Shown: one piece after another, positions 1 through 11,999 of the stretch
Position numbering within the stretch: the first letter of the stretch is position 1
How the letters are laid out: each line of letters opens with the position of its first letter
Assembly: GCF_036971445.1 (NCBI RefSeq)
Contig: NC_091469.1
Location: 289,602,001-289,666,000, forward strand
Direction: 5' to 3'
DNA from: Narcine bancroftii
Lineage: Eukaryota
Length of the DNA stretch: 64,000 nt
Position numbers and translations under genes: made by a program
Notes under the pieces: model-generated
The model's database searches: none
What the model was told of the DNA's origin: nothing
Seen by the model: only the letters and a program-made list of their open reading frames with translations

Positions 1-348
1 GCTTGCCCAGGATTCCTGGCCAGGTTTCTGAGTCTTTGCCGACACGAGCGTTGAAGTCGCCCAGGATGACAACCTTGTCGGCTGTAGGGGTGCGTTGGAT
101 GAAGTTGCGCAGGTCGGTGTAGAACTTGTCCTTTTCTGCTGGTTCCGCCTGGAGGGTTGGAGCATAGACACTGATTAGGGTGACGCGACGCTTGTTTTGA
201 AGGGGGAGTCGCATGGACATGATTCGGTCCGAGAGGCCTGTCGGAAGGTTTTCGAGTTTGGAGGCAATGAAGCTCTTGACCATGAAGCCTACACCAGATA
301 GGCGTCGTTCATCCGAAGGCTTGCCAGACCAGTAGAGTGTGTAGCCGT
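1..348 (-). mobile_element. RTE-clade LINE, APE endonuclease region; 5'-truncated, continues off the window start
   Basis: Manual minus-strand translation: GYTLYWSGKPSDERRLSGVGFMVKS...VYAPT...ILGDFNARVG, typical APE endonuclease motifs; no stop seen in this stretch. Confidence 0.9.
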
Positions 349-400
349 AAGCAAATTGGTCGCTGTGTTTGCCACACAACTACAAGCCCACTTTATGGAG

Positions 401-600
401 TAGCCATTCTCAACAGCGGCCCAACCACCCCCCTGGGGGTGGGCCTCTGCACATTTACGTAACATAAATATTTTTATGTAGTCGGTTGGAGAGAAGTACA
501 GAAGAAACCAAAACTTGACCAGTTCACAGGGAAAGGGGCCCATAAACTTTGAGCAGAGTCTGAAGGGGGCCATCGACAATAAAAGGTTTGAGAACGGCTG
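401..600. mobile_element. hAT-like non-autonomous DNA element (MITE)
   Basis: Imperfect TIRs tagccattctcaac ... tttgagaacggctg. Related copies at about 43650-43770 and 53957-54115. Confidence 0.6.
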
Positions 601-854
601 GTCTGTAGAGCCTCGGAAAGGTGAAAGTTCATCACATGGGGCGGGGGCAAGGGCAACAGTAGCACAAGGCTTTCCAGGGCGATGCTGGATGAACATGTTG
701 GGTGGGAAGAAGTGGATTCCAGAGAAACACGGCAACTACAGATGCTGGAATCTTGAGTGAAGACGGAGAAGCTGGAAGAACTCAGCAGACCAGGGATCAT
801 CCATGGGGAGTGATGGTAAGTCGACGTTTCTGGTCAGGACAGTGGAACAGGGAG

Positions 855-1775
855 ATGTCAAGTATGGAAAAATGGGCTGAAAAATGGCAGATGGAATTTA
901 AGGCTGACAAGTGTGAGGTGTTGCATTTTGGAAGGACAAACCAAGAAAGGACGTACACGGTGAATGGTAGGGAACTGAGGAGTGCGGTAGGACAGAGGGA
1001 TCTGGGAATACAGATAGATAATTTCCTGGAAGTGGCATCACAGGTGGAAAGGGTTGTAAAGAGTTTTTGGCATATTCATAAATCATATTCATAAATTGCG
1101 GAAGAATTTTCAAAGAAGAGTGGACTCGTAAGCCACCTTAGAGCCTTTAAGTAGAATGAAGGCCAACATACTCGACCATGAGGGGTAGCCACGACAAAAT
1201 GCAAAATCAAAGTATTGAGTACAGGAGTTGGGATGTTATGGTAAAGTTGCATAAGACATTGGTGAGGCCAAATGGGGAGTATTGTGTGAAGTTTTGGTCA
1301 CCTAACTACAGGAAAGATATCAGTAAGATTGAAAGTGTGCAGAGATTTACTAAGATGTTGCCTGGACTTCAGGGACTGAGTTACAGGGAAAAGTTAAAGA
1401 GGTTAGAACTTTATTACCTTGAGCGTAGAAGAATGAGGGGAGATTTGATAGAGGTATTTAAAATTATGAGGGTAATAGAGATAGTAAATGCAGATCAGCT
1501 TTTTCCACTGAGGGTAGGTGAGATACAAACCAGAGGACATGGATTAAGACTGGAAGGGAAAAGTTTATGGGGAACATGAGGGGGAATTTCTTTGCACAGA
1601 AAATGGTGGCTAAAATGATGAATGAGGGCACAATTTTAACATTTAAAAATAATTTGGACAGAATGGGAGAGGTGTGGACTGGGTGCTGGTCAGTGGGACA
1701 AGGCAAAATAATAGTTTGGCACACACTAGAATGGCCAAAGGGGCCTGTTTCTGTGCTGTAATGTTCTATGGTTCT
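855..1775 (+). mobile_element. CR1 LINE 3' part (decayed RT C-terminus and tail)
   Basis: EKWAEKWQMEFKADKCEVLHFG, LVRPNGEYCVKFWSP, RRMRGDLIEVFKI; ends in a ttctatggttct tail. Confidence 0.92.
1095..1203 (+). mobile_element. Short RTE-like 3' end inserted into the CR1
   Basis: Interrupts CR1 colinearity; ends catactcgaccatgaggggtagccacgac, which resembles RTE 3' termini. Confidence 0.45.
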
Positions 1776-3205
1776 TTCTTTTTAAGATATTTTTATTGAG
1801 TTTAACAAAAACCCTTTACACAAGGTAAACTAATGATAACATAAATCAAATCCTATCATCTACATGTCACATATCAATTGTAAATTAGAAGTAGAACCAT
1901 AATTATTATTTATTTCATTCAGGACATCAAATTCTCTAATTATAGTAATTAAACAATAAAATCATAACTCGTACCAAGTCCAAAAATGATATTAAATACA
2001 AAAATTACTCAAATAGTACACGTAAAATTCCCTTGTATTCGATATTTTGCACTTCTCTGCTGTGATCATGTTGTTCTGTGATATGGTCCGTGATCTGTAG
2101 TTAAACCCCTCTTTACTTAAGAATAAAAAGGAAAAAAGTTCTCCCAACTCATCTCCCTCTTCCCTCTAAACAAGGTGATCTGTATATATTGTAAATATGA
2201 ATCGAATAACAGCCCCCAGACACCAGACAGGGAGTCCCCGGACCATCCACCCCACTTCAACCCTCAGTTGATGAAAATAATCCATGAATGTGCCCCACAT
2301 CTTCTCAAATTCACACTTTGCATCTTTAATATTGGATCTAATTTTTTTCCCAACTTAAATAAGACATGATATGACGTAAGCACTGAATGTGAGAGGGTGA
2401 AACATTATCTTTCTACTTCATCAAAGTTGCTCGTTCAACTATCAACAAAGCAAAAGCTCAGATTCTATTCTGAGTTGAGGACGGAGATCTATCCTCTTCT
2501 GCAGATAAAGCCATCAAAGGGCATGGTTCTAATTTAGTCTTTAGAATCGTTGATCAAGTTTGAAAAATCTCTTTCCAAAAATGTTCCAAGTTCGGACACT
2601 CCCAAAACAAACATATAAATGAAGCTTGAAAAATTTTACACTTATCCCATGATGGATCCATATTAGGATAACAATGAGATCATTTAATATTAGTCATATG
2701 TATTCTGTGCACCACCTTAAATTACAACAAACAATGTCACGCACAAAATGAAGACTCATTAATCAAATTACAAGTCGTGTCCGAGAATGCTCTATTCAAA
2801 TCACACTCCCAATCATTCTTAATCGTGGCCATTCTTAAATCCATTAAATTATTATAAATATTTGATATTAATCCTCCATGGGAAAACAGCAAATCAAAAA
2901 ATACATCAAGAATATTCACTTCAGAGATTCGAGGAAAATCAGAAAGTGTGGACGGAACAAAATGCTTAATTTGTAAAGATCTAAAAAGGTGTCTATTAGA
3001 AAAATTAAGTTTTGCTGATTAGTTGCTCAAAAGAACCAAAATTACCTCGAATAAAAAGATCTTTAAAACTTTTAATGCCTAATTTATACCATTCCTTAAA
3101 ACCTGTACTAACAGAGGATTGGAAAAGATTATTTGTTGCAACAGAAGTGGCAAGGGGAAAACTATGATTACCAAAATTTTCCTAAATTGTGTCTGTATTC
3201 TTAAT
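1776..3205 (-). mobile_element. L1-clade LINE 3' fragment (decayed ORF2 C-terminus and AT-rich 3' UTR)
   Basis: Minus translation INESSFCA*HCLL*FKVVHRIH...FWECPNLEHFWKEIFQT resembles the L1 Cys-rich C-terminal region; AATAAA and A-rich end near 1776-1797. Confidence 0.8.
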
Positions 3206-3489
3206 GGTTCTAATTCAATATAGAAAAACTAAAAGGTAAAAATTAACCTAAAATAGTCAACATAGATGTCTTTTTAGAAAACTTCAGTTTCATTTCTACA
3301 GTTCCATGGTTCTGTATAAAGGGGGTAAAGAGGGGGAGAGTGGTTGGGGAAGGATGGAGATGAATGGCTACTGAACAGAAGTGAAAGGTGGAGAGTCAGG
3401 AAGGAGGTGAAAACCACTCTTCCTGCTGGAGGGTTAGTACTTGAAAGGTATCGAAACAGGCTGCAGACCTCCAATTTATTTTATTTAGA

Positions 3490-3720
3490 CATACAACACC
3501 GTAACAGGCCCTTCAGCCCACAAACTCATACTGTCCAATAACACCCAATTGGCCTGCAATCCCCATACGTTTTGAACAGTGGGAGGAAACCGGAGTCCCC
3601 GGAGAAAACCCATGCAGAATTGGGAAGACCGTCCAAACTCCTTACAGAAAGCGCTGGTTTCGAGCTCAGGTTTAAATCGCTAGCGCTGTAACAGCATTGT
3701 CCTAACTGCTATACTATCCA
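3490..3720 (-). mobile_element. V-SINE/HE1-like tRNA-derived SINE
   Basis: Reverse complement of the V-domain-like body (ctccggtttcctcccac) plus a tRNA-like head. Confidence 0.75.
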
Positions 3721-3934
3721 TGAAGATATTCAGAAATGTGTCAATCTGACACAGTATTCAAATAGAAACCGGCTCCCCTGGACTATGCAGGTATTCACTG
3801 GACTAGGTCATCAGCTGCAGAAATTTCCCAGGGTCAACATTTGCAGAAGGTTTGTGGGAATATTTGGAAATTTGCAGAGAATCCCAGGTGTGTTTAGATG
3901 TCTGCAAAGGGTGTTGTGTGAAAAAGGATGTGCT

Positions 3935-3952
3935 CTCCGGTAGAGGGCAGTT
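3935..3952 (+). promoter_or_regulatory. Candidate CTCF site
   Basis: ctccggtagagggcagtt resembles the CTCF core (CCASYAGRKGGCRS) and lies in apparently non-repeat sequence. Motif evidence only. Confidence 0.4.
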
Positions 3953-4169
3953 GATTACTAGATATCTCTGAACAAGTGTCCCAAAGCTGCCTGCCTCAGT
4001 ACAAAGACTCCACTATTTCCCACAGAGGGCTATATTGTTGCTGAGCTAATTCAATGCAGAGATCTGAGCTTAAGGATTAGAGGCAAGAATTCAAACCCAC
4101 CACAGCACCTCAGAAACTTAAAGGAATTAAATAAATCTTCAACAAGCAATTACGTTCAATATATCATTT

Positions 4170-4850
4170 TCAATCTAGCAGTTCCACCTACCCCTCCACC
4201 AATGTCTGCATCCAAATTCTCTGCAATTTCTGTCACCTACAATGGGATCCCACAACCAGTCACAACTTCCCCTTTGCTTTCTCCAGGGACCACTCCCTCC
4301 GCAATCATCTACTCCTCCCTTCGTGCTAATCGCCTTCTTGGGACCCACCCCTGTGATTGCAGGAAGTGGTACACTTGCCCCCACACTGCCTCCCTCGGGG
4401 TCCCAAAACAGTGCTTCCAAGTGAAGCCACACTTCACTTGTGAATCTTCAGGTGTCATCTACTGCATCCGGTGCTCCCATTGTGGTCTCCTGTGCCTCAG
4501 AGGGGCTGGACGCAAACTGGGAGATCGCTTCACTCGGCTCCTTCGCTCTGTCCGCTGCAACAGCAAATGGCCACCCATTTCAATTCCACATCCCATTCCC
4601 ACATTCACATGTCTGTCCACAGTCTTGGGTACTGTGAGGTTGAGATGGCACGTGAATTGGAGGAGCAAATTGGAACTCATCCCCTTCCTCTCTTTTCTGC
4701 TCCCTCTCTTCGCTTCATCCCTCCAAATCCTTCCCCTTCCCTTCACGCACACCTTCCTCTTAAAACTTTGCCAGCAACATCTCCCTATTTCTGGACCCTC
4801 TTCCAATCCTGCAGCCTTTCCAAAATCTCAGCACTCTTCCATTTTTTAGA
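4170..4850 (+). mobile_element. Penelope-like element fragment, GIY-YIG endonuclease region
   Basis: ORF 4202-4849: FQVKPHFTCESSGVIYCIRCSHCGLLC...KLGDRF; upstream CDCRKWYTC matches the Cys-rich linker. Confidence 0.85.
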
Positions 4851-4911
4851 TGGGGAGAAAATTCAAAATTCAGTGGAGTCCATGAGCAGAATACCCTAAA
4901 GCTTAACCTTC

Positions 4912-5690
4912 AGATTCAGATTTCAGATTTATTGCCAGAGTACTGACATGATATCACATAGAAACCCTAATATTCTTTTTCCTACGGGCAAGGTAGAATT
5001 ACCACTTATTGGTAGTGCAAAAAATGAGCTGTGCACAGCGTAAAACACGTAAACAAATCTTCTGTCCATCCATCCCATAGGACGATGATGATTCCTTTCA
5101 GTCAGTTTGTGGGGTTTGATATAAGGATACTCCACTCCTCAGAAAGGAACAGCGTGTGCGTGAATGGATTTAGGTGAGTAGGGGGTTGCACAGGACCAGA
5201 CCCACCCTCTTGACATCCCCTCCCAGACCCAGCAGCATGGTGAGGTCCGAGACGGCTGGGGGAAGTTCTGTGGCAGTGAATGGCCAGGCCAAGCTTCAAT
5301 GCAAGTGATGCCCTTCCCGCGCTTCATGGCATGTGTTTGCTAGACGGCCGTTGACCCTACGAGAGGGTCCGTCCACCCTTTGACAGGTCTTGTTTTTCAT
5401 CCTGCAGGGTGTCTAGCCACCCTCCGCACCAGGTAAGTCTGGTGGGGGAGCCAGTTTAGTCGCCGACCACACGACGTGCTGTACTGGGTTACGTGGTACC
5501 AGTAGCACTCCGACCGAGTGACTGACCTTATGTAAACAAATAAAGAATGGTAAACAGGTAACAAATGTAAACAAACTGTACAATACAGAGAGAATTTAAA
5601 AAATCAAGAAAGTTCACAAGTAAGATTCCTTAAATGAGTCCCTGATTGAGTTTGTTGTTATGGAGTCTGAAGATTGAGGGGTAGCAGATT
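4912..5690 (-). mobile_element. Rex1/Babar-like LINE 3' end, interrupted at 5059-5529
   Basis: (tctgaa)n tail; 3' UTR shared with copies at about 18050, 32665, 49800 and 50850, several of which carry the LLPSGKRYR C-terminus. Confidence 0.7.
5059..5529 (-). mobile_element. Non-autonomous RTE-like retroposon, about 470 bp, non-coding
   Basis: Flanked by the direct repeat gtaaacaaat; 3' end atcatcatcgtcctatgggatggatggacagaag is RTE-like; hairpin-rich 5' end. Clade assignment is inference. Confidence 0.55.
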
Positions 5691-6267
5691 CCCCCACCCC
5701 TTCTCTCTTTTCTGCCTCCCTCTTCACTTTCCTTCCTCTCTCCCTCACTCACACCTTCCTCTTCAAACCTTACCATCAATCAATGCCTCCCTATTTCTGG
5801 ATCCTCTTCCAATCCTGCAGCCTTTCCAAAATCTCAGTGCTCTTCCGTTTCTGGCCTCCTGCACATCCCCAGTTCCCTTCACTGGCAGTTGTGCCCTTAG
5901 CTGCCAAGGCGCTGACCCACTCCACCACTCTCTTCTATCAGAGCCCTCCTTAGTTCTCAGTCACCCACTCTGTTGCTTGATGTTTAATTCAGCGCTGATG
6001 TCACATGTTCTTACAAATTTATTCTGTGGAATTCATTGCCACGGAGGCTGATATCACAGAACCATAAGAGCAGCAGAGAATATTGCTGGGGTCTCCCTCA
6101 CCCCACCCAATTGATGTCATCTCTCAGGACCATTGTTTGAAGAGGGCATGGAAAATCCTTGAAGACCTCAATCACCCCACACACATCTATTCCCATCATG
6201 AAGTTGTGGAAATCTCTCCCACAGAGGGCAGTGGAGGTCAAATCCTCATCAATCAGGGGATTGTGAA

Positions 6268-6595
6268 CAGGCAGTCCTTGGGTTACGATCGAGATCTTTT
6301 CCTGTCGGTTTTTAAGTCAAATTTATATCAAGTTGGAACAGGTATGTGTGGTCCTTATTTAGCATCAGTTAGTCTTAGTACATGGTGTATATTTTACCTC
6401 TCTATGCATATAAATCTACTGGATTCCATTTATTGAAGTAGACACACTCAACACAGTGTTAACGGCAATGTGATCCAGCTTAAAATGGCGGACGGCCTTC
6501 TCCTCACTCGAGCTGACTCACCGGAAACCGCGCGTAGTCCATTCATAAGAACGAGTTTTCTGTAAGTCAGATGTTCATAACCTGGGGACTCCCTG
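6268..6595. mobile_element. Tigger/pogo-type MITE
   Basis: Imperfect TIRs caggcagtccttgggttacga and tcataacctggggactccctg, the latter followed by TA. Confidence 0.65.
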
Positions 6596-6599
6596 TAGA

Positions 6600-7290
6600 A
6601 AGACTGCAGAAAAGATTCATGGGGATGTTACTGGGATTGGTGGTTTGAACTGGAAGGAGAGGCAGGGTAAGCTGGGAAGTTTTATTTCCCCCCCTGGATC
6701 ATTGGAGATTGAGGGGTGGCCTTATACAAGTATACAAAATCATGATGAGGTGAATGCTGGCAGCCTAGGTCCCAGGGTAGGGCAGCCTAGGTCCCAGGGT
6801 AGGGCAGCCTAAAATGAAGGTGAGAGGAGAAAGAGTCAGAGGGAGAAGAGCAAGTGAGAAGCTATGCAGGAGCCTGAAGATGACCACTCAATGGCATAAG
6901 GGCAGCTTCTTCCCCTCCGCCATCAGATTCCCAAATGATCAGTGAACCCCAGATGCTGCCTCACTTGGACTTTTTCTTGCACTATTTTCATTTATTGCTG
7001 TAGGATGGCTTATGTGAATGTTTGTTCCGTGACGCTGCCGCAAAACAACGAATTTTGTGACTTGTTCATGACGATAAATTCTAATTCTGAAGATTTAAAA
7101 GGTACCTGAGGTCACCTTCACACAGAGGGTGGTGAAAACAGGGACGAGATAGAGGTGAGGAGACATTTGGGATGGTCCATGGATTGGAAAGGTTTGGAGA
7201 TATGCGGCCCAGAGGCAAGCAAATAGGTGGACAACTTCTTGGTTTGGGTGTGTTGCGCTGAAGTGACTGCTTTTTGTGCCATGGTTCTGT
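6600..7290 (+). mobile_element. Decayed CR1 3' fragment with a nested Rex1-like 3' end (about 6860-7090)
   Basis: ggagattgaggggtggccttatacaagtatacaaaatcatg (RRLRGDLI-like); the nested piece has cttcttcccctccgccatcagattc and an ataaattctaattctga tail. Confidence 0.6.
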
Positions 7291-7492
7291 TCCTGGGTAT
7301 AATTGAGAAGCAGCTGAATCTATTTCTAGACACAAGACCTTTGAATGAACAGGGAGAGAGTGAGAATTTCATATTGAGATTGAGGATCAGCTGTGCATTC
7401 CACTCTGAGGTTATTGTTCATTTCTTGTTATTATTGTCACTGATTGCAGCTGAATTTGCAGTAAACTGCAGGTATCAGCTCTGGGTGAAGGA

Positions 7493-7810
7493 GGGCAGCA
7501 TGGTTGGTGAAACACTGTTACAGCGCCAGTGAATAGGACCCAGGTTGGAACCTGTGAGGAGCTTGTACGTTCTCCCCGCGTCTGTATGGGTTTTCCCCGG
7601 GGGACTCTGGTTTCCTCCCACTTTTCTTGGTGCTCTTTCATTTTCTGACCTCCCCAATTCCCATCACTGGCAGCTGTGCCAAGGCGCTAGCCCACTTCAT
7701 CACTCTCTAAATGTACCGAGGATTGTAGGTCAATTGGGTGTGTAATTAGACAGCACGGGCTCGTGGGCCAAAAGGGCCTGGCACTGCGCTGTATGTCTAA
7801 TTTTTTTTTT
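7493..7810 (+). mobile_element. V-SINE/HE1-like SINE
   Basis: gggcagcatggttgg head, V-domain gttctccccgcgtctgtatgggttttcc...ggtttcctccca, tail ctgtatgtctaa. Confidence 0.8.
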
Positions 7811-8469
7811 ATTAACTTCAGTCCTGATCTTAGCCCCTGAAGATTGTGCAGAGATTCGGAGTAGAAAGTACATGGAACACGAGCAATCACTGACAAATAA
7901 ATGAAGATGAAATAAACCAGGAAATGCTAGAACTCACAAATAAATTCCCAGCTGGTCAAGCAGCTTCTGTAGGGTAAGAAACAATGTCGATGTTTCAGGT
8001 CCAAGGCCCTTCACCAGATTGGAAGATTTGAGGAGGAACCCACCTTAGTTGGACAATAGAGCCTAATGAAAGGAGCTAGGGGAGGATGTCGGAATTCTCA
8101 AACCTGCTCTGCCCTGCCCTCATCTCCACTCTCCTCAATCGCAAGGACCAGAAGTCCTCCCATCACCACCTCGAGCACATTAATTCCACATCCACACATG
8201 GAGAACTGCAAACAGACGATTTCCAAACACTCACTCCCTTCTGAGGGGATAGCATTTCTCCACTGCAACCCCTTAATCCCACGCATTAGCTCTCTGTTCC
8301 TCCCCATGGGAACTGCTCAAACCTCCCTCTCCCCGTGATCTTAAATCTTTCAGTAAGATTCGATGCAATTCATGACCACTGGGCTGCCTCTAGAGAAGGA
8401 GCTCCCATACTGCCGTTGGGGAGGGAGAACCAGATTTTAGAACCAGTGACAGTGAAGGACTAGCAATAT

Positions 8470-8920
8470 CAAATTCAAGTTTCTTATCATCTGATTGTAC
8501 AAATACATCTCAATGAAACAGCGTTCTTGGTCCTCAGTGCAAAAGTGCACAAAGATATATCCAGACAAATGGTACATATGCAGTACATATATAGATTTCT
8601 AAAAAAATATATTATTTAATAAATAGTAGAGTCTCGGAGAGTTAGATGAGCAGTTCATTTCAGTTGTTCAGCATTCCCACAGCTTGTGGGAAGAACCTGT
8701 TTCTCAGCCTGCTGGTTCGTTCTCTGATATTCCTGTATTTCTTTCCTGACAGGAGTACTTGAAAGATGCTGTGTGCAGGGTGGAGGAGTCCTTAACAATT
8801 TTGGGCATCCACTTCAAAAAATGATCCCAGTAGATCATGTCGATGGGGTGAGAGGGAGACCCCAGTGAATCCTCTCTGCTACTCCTGTAGTCCTGTGGAT
8901 TAACCTCCAATCCGATGATC
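8470..8920 (-). mobile_element. Rex1/Babar-like LINE 3' fragment
   Basis: Similar to the copy at 35798-36330; decayed frame GSPSHPIDMIYWDHFLK...KIVKD. Confidence 0.6.
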
Positions 8921-8929
8921 TACACCCCG

Positions 8930-9946
8930 GGGGTGTCTGTGGTGGCGGCAGCAGCAGCGGTAGCCACAGTCGGGACCGAGGCCGGGTCGAGTGTTCCGCA
9001 CGGGGGCGAGAGGCGGGCCAACACCATGGTTGCGAGGGTGGGCTGCCCCTTCCGGGTTCGGTGTCCCCGTGACATCAGGCATTGCCGTGCAGGGGAGCCC
9101 TCGTCTCATTGGACGAGAGCTCTGGGGAAGAAGAGTTTGAATGGGATAGTGGCGATTGGGCTTCACACGAGGCACTGTGTTTGCCGGTGGTCATTTTAGA
9201 CCTACAGACTGCAGCAAAGTGGCCGTTTTTAAGGCACTTCTGGTACCTGGCTTTTCTTGCTGGGCACTGGGACCTGCTGTGCTTGTCCCTCCCTCAGAAA
9301 TCACATCTTGGGTTCGCAGGAGGCAGGGTAGCAGCAGCCGACAGGCCGTCAGTATATCGGGGGGTGGTAGGGTAGAAGGACACTCTACTCACATCAGAAC
9401 GAGGGGTCCAGTCCCTAGAGAGCTCGTTTGACTTTAAGGCTGCATCCTCCATTGTGATTGCAATCCAGGCCACGTCCTCTAGTTTTTCTACCCCTTGCTT
9501 GAGCAAGCGCAGCCTCACTTCGTTCGATCGGAGCCCGGCCACATAGGCATCACGGACGAGGTCGTTTGTGATCTCGGCAGCAGTTTTGTCCACACAGTTA
9601 CAGTCCTTGCCCCACGCCTTTAATACTTGTAAATATGCCCTGCTGGACTCGCTGGGCTGTTGCTTCCTCGACGCAAGCACGAGCCGGGCATGAACTCTGT
9701 TCACCGGTTGATCATACAGTTCTTTCAGTACCTTTATGGCTGCGGTGTAAGTGGTCTCATCCTGGATGTTCTCGTAGACTCTCAAGGACACCATAGACAG
9801 CAATGCTGTTAGACGCTGGTTATCCTCCTCCACCTGAATAAATCTCAGGAAGTTTTCAAAGTTCAGCAGCCAGAACTTAAAGGCTTTGAAGGCTGTAGCT
9901 GACTATGGGTCGATATCAAGTTTTTCTGGCCGAGTCAGACGCTCCA
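8930..9946 (-). pseudogene. Ty3/Gypsy gag remnant (pol absent)
   Basis: ATG near 9946 (MERLTRPEKLDIDP*...), ORF 9294-9833 (RKQQPSESSRAYL, LVRDAYVAGL), then two damaged CCHC knuckles CDF*GRDKHSRSQC and YQKCLKNGHFAAVC. Confidence 0.85.
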
Positions 9947-9987
9947 TCCCTTTCAAAAAAATTCTTTTTTCTTTTTGCTAATAAAAT

Positions 9988-10224
9988 TGTAGAGCTCGTC
10001 GAAAGAATCAAAGACTTGTTGATTCAAACCAAGGCTTTTATTAGCAAAAGACAGGAGCTCTTCACAGGTGGCCGACCAGTCTGGAATGATCCGACCTGGC
10101 TAGGGACACAACCCAAGGCCTAGACAGTAGGCTTGGCTTAGCTCTCAGCCAATCGCTGTAAGCACAGTCTAGATACAGTAACTATATACACTATGTACAT
10201 TGGTGATAGATCTGTACTATCACA
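9988..10224 (-). mobile_element. 5' LTR of the Gypsy element
   Basis: TG...CA termini (tgtgatag...ctctaca on minus), CCAAT box, AATAAA about 50 bp from the end, directly upstream of gag. Confidence 0.85.
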
Positions 10225-10489
10225 ACCTGGCAATGCAGTCGTGGATAAATTTCTCAGTTGAGGTGATGCATTCCCTGGAGAGGAACTCACAAGGAAGGAT
10301 GTTCACCCATGCATACATCCTGGGTTGAGAGTCACCAGGACAAGCACACTGCAGTGCATTTTACAGGTGATGCCCACTGCAGGCATTGAGAAAGGGAATC
10401 ATGGTTGAAAGTGGTGATAATTAACAGCTTTGTTCCAGATGCACTGATGTGAATCTCTTCACTGAGCAGTGAAATTAATGATATTGTTA

Positions 10490-11200
10490 AACAAGAAAAT
10501 CGGCAGATGCTGGGGTCTAGTGCAATGCACAGACGTGCTAGAGAAACTCAGCAGGTCACGCAGCAACCACAGGGAATTAAAGGGAAGCCAATGTTTTGGG
10601 CCTGAGCCCTTCATTAGATATAACCAAAATCAGACAGGGGTCTTATAGTGATACGACCACCAGCCTACTGCAGGGGGCGTTCTCTGTACCTGCAGGAAGA
10701 CCGCCTAAGGGGCTGTCTCTACCTGGCTGGCTGTCAACCAACTGGCCCGAATATAGACCTGAGTTGGCCCCTCCTGAGCCAGTCACACGGGAGCCACCGA
10801 AGCATGAACTGCTGTTCAGACTTTTATCTGAATAAACCATGTTGTACAGTCTTTTGAGTTTTGTGCTTGCTCGCTGCTATCTGGTGAAGAGAGGAGAGGC
10901 AGGAGGAAGGGACTAGGGGGAGAAGCACAGGCTAACAGGTGGATATGGGTGGAAGGGTAGGTGGTGGGGGAGAGGGTAGCTCTTTGAATGGAGGGGGAAG
11001 GGGGTGGGGAGCTGGAGAGATAGGGAAAGAGAGAGACTGGGAGGAGGGGATTAATAGAAACTGGTGGCTTATGGTAATGGCATCTGGTTGGAAAGTACCC
11101 AGGCAGAATAGGTTGCTCCTCCAATGTGCGGGTGGCCTTGGTTTGGGTGCACGAGGCCATGGTCAGGCATGTCGCTGTGGGAATGGGGTGTGGAATTGAA
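10490..11200 (-). mobile_element. Penelope-like 3' fragment and terminal repeat, split by an LTR-like insert
   Basis: TKATRTLEEQ-type endonuclease C-terminus, pyrimidine-rich spacer, decayed hammerhead-like motif at about 10588-10620. Confidence 0.7.
10643..10881 (+). mobile_element. Probable solo LTR
   Basis: About 240-bp insert with tatagtga...tcgctgctatc ends, a TATA-like atatag and an AATAAA near the 3' end; termini imperfect, TSD not seen. Confidence 0.55.
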
Positions 11201-11999
11201 ATGGTGAAAGAAGTGAAAAGATGTGGTCAGGCTGGACAATGAACCCAACCTTTTCAAGGATCAAATGCTTTCATTTCTGCTGAGGATTAAATCCAGGAAC
11301 TAGTTTCACCATCGACAGTACATCTGAAACCATTTACCATTCTTGATTTATTGGACACGAAGTGGACAGATCTAATCCCAAACATCTGTGAGATCTGAAA
11401 TGTCTTCTGCTCTTGTCTCCAATGCACGTCTGCATTACATTAAGATAAGGTGGACATGATGTCAAACAGCTACTTTGTAGTGCAACTGCACTCTGATACC
11501 AAAGATAAATGACATTATTGACTCGTGTGTTATCTCTCCATCAGAACCTGCCTGGAATAAGTTCACAGGAAATGAACCAGGGAACAGCGATGTAGAACAG
11601 GCCATTTGGCCCTTTAGTTCCATGCTGACCATTATGCCCCTTTACACCAATCCTCTTTCATTCTCCTCACTTTCCCCATCACCACCCCCCCCCCCTTAGA
11701 TTCTACCCCTCTCTGGTGCACCAGGGTCCATCTACAGCAAGCTCATTAACCCATCCACCCCCTCATCTTTGGGACTGAATGTACATAGATCATTACTATC
11801 CAGTACAGACCTTTCAGCCCACCATTAAATAAATATTTAATATTTATTTATTTGCATTGCATATAAATCACTTGTAAATATGTGTGCTACGTCATCTATG
11901 TGTTTTACACCTAAGACCAAAGAATACTGTTTCGCCAATCTGTACTTATTCAATGAATAATAATAGACTTGACCCATGTAAACCTGCTTCACAACAATC

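Noticed and set aside
6214-6236. CTCF-like ccacagagggcag
   Set aside because: It is the CR1 LPQRAVE coding remnant.
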